DNA from: a virus
Direction: 5' to 3' (one strand)
IMG/VR virus record: IMGVR_UViG_3300044560_000017
Length of the DNA: 42,355 nt
Part shown: piece by piece, positions 42,256 through 42,355 of the stretch
Layout of the letters: each line of letters opens with the position of its first letter
Numbering within the stretch: the first letter of the stretch is position 1
Notes under the pieces: model-generated
Told to the model about the DNA's origin: nothing
What the model saw: only the letters and a program-made list of their open reading frames with translations
Databases searched by the model: none
Program-made: the position numbers and the translations under genes

Positions 42256-42355
42256 ACAGATGACCTTGTTGTGGTATAGCCAGACTTATTGAAGTCGCAC
42301 TGGCAAACGTGTCCCCTTGGATTTAGACCCCAGCTTGTCCCCTAGGGCTTTAAAA
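42256..42355. repeat. Terminal direct repeat, copy 2 (identical to 1-100)
   Basis: See copy 1. Confidence 0.9.

Overview
The window is one circularly closed element. Nt 1-100 are identical to nt 42256-42355, giving a unit length of 42,255 bp. It encodes a complete temperate siphovirus-type genome, almost all on the minus strand. In order this comprises: lysis cassette, Tal/Dit/tape measure, frameshifted tail chaperone, major tail, connectors, HK97-type capsid, ClpP-like protease, portal, TerL/TerS, HNH, Dam-like methyltransferase, RinA-like late activator, early/replication genes (DnaC-like, DnaD-like, SSB, ERF, Gp157), Rha antirepressor and a Cro/CI switch. I found no integrase, other recombinase or attP. 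The position downstream of cI, where an integration module normally sits, is occupied by three things. One is a small ORF. The second is three tandem paralogous secreted Cys-free proteins; from memory their leader and N-terminal block match Levilactobacillus brevis S-layer proteins. The third is an AT-rich non-coding tract followed by a type Ib-like parA/parB cassette with an upstream repeat array. My reading is a phage-plasmid carrying S-layer genes as cargo. Other notable content: an ORF-free, hairpin-dense ~520-nt segment with one canonical tRNA(CAT) and several tRNA-like or truncated modules; a 10 x 9-bp in-frame tandem repeat inside the methyltransferase; an IS200/IS605-family insertion (divergent tnpA/tnpB) in the early operon; and a candidate antisense RNA pair beside the par locus. 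All family assignments come from motifs read in the translations and from gene order. No BLAST, HMM or covariance-model search could be run.
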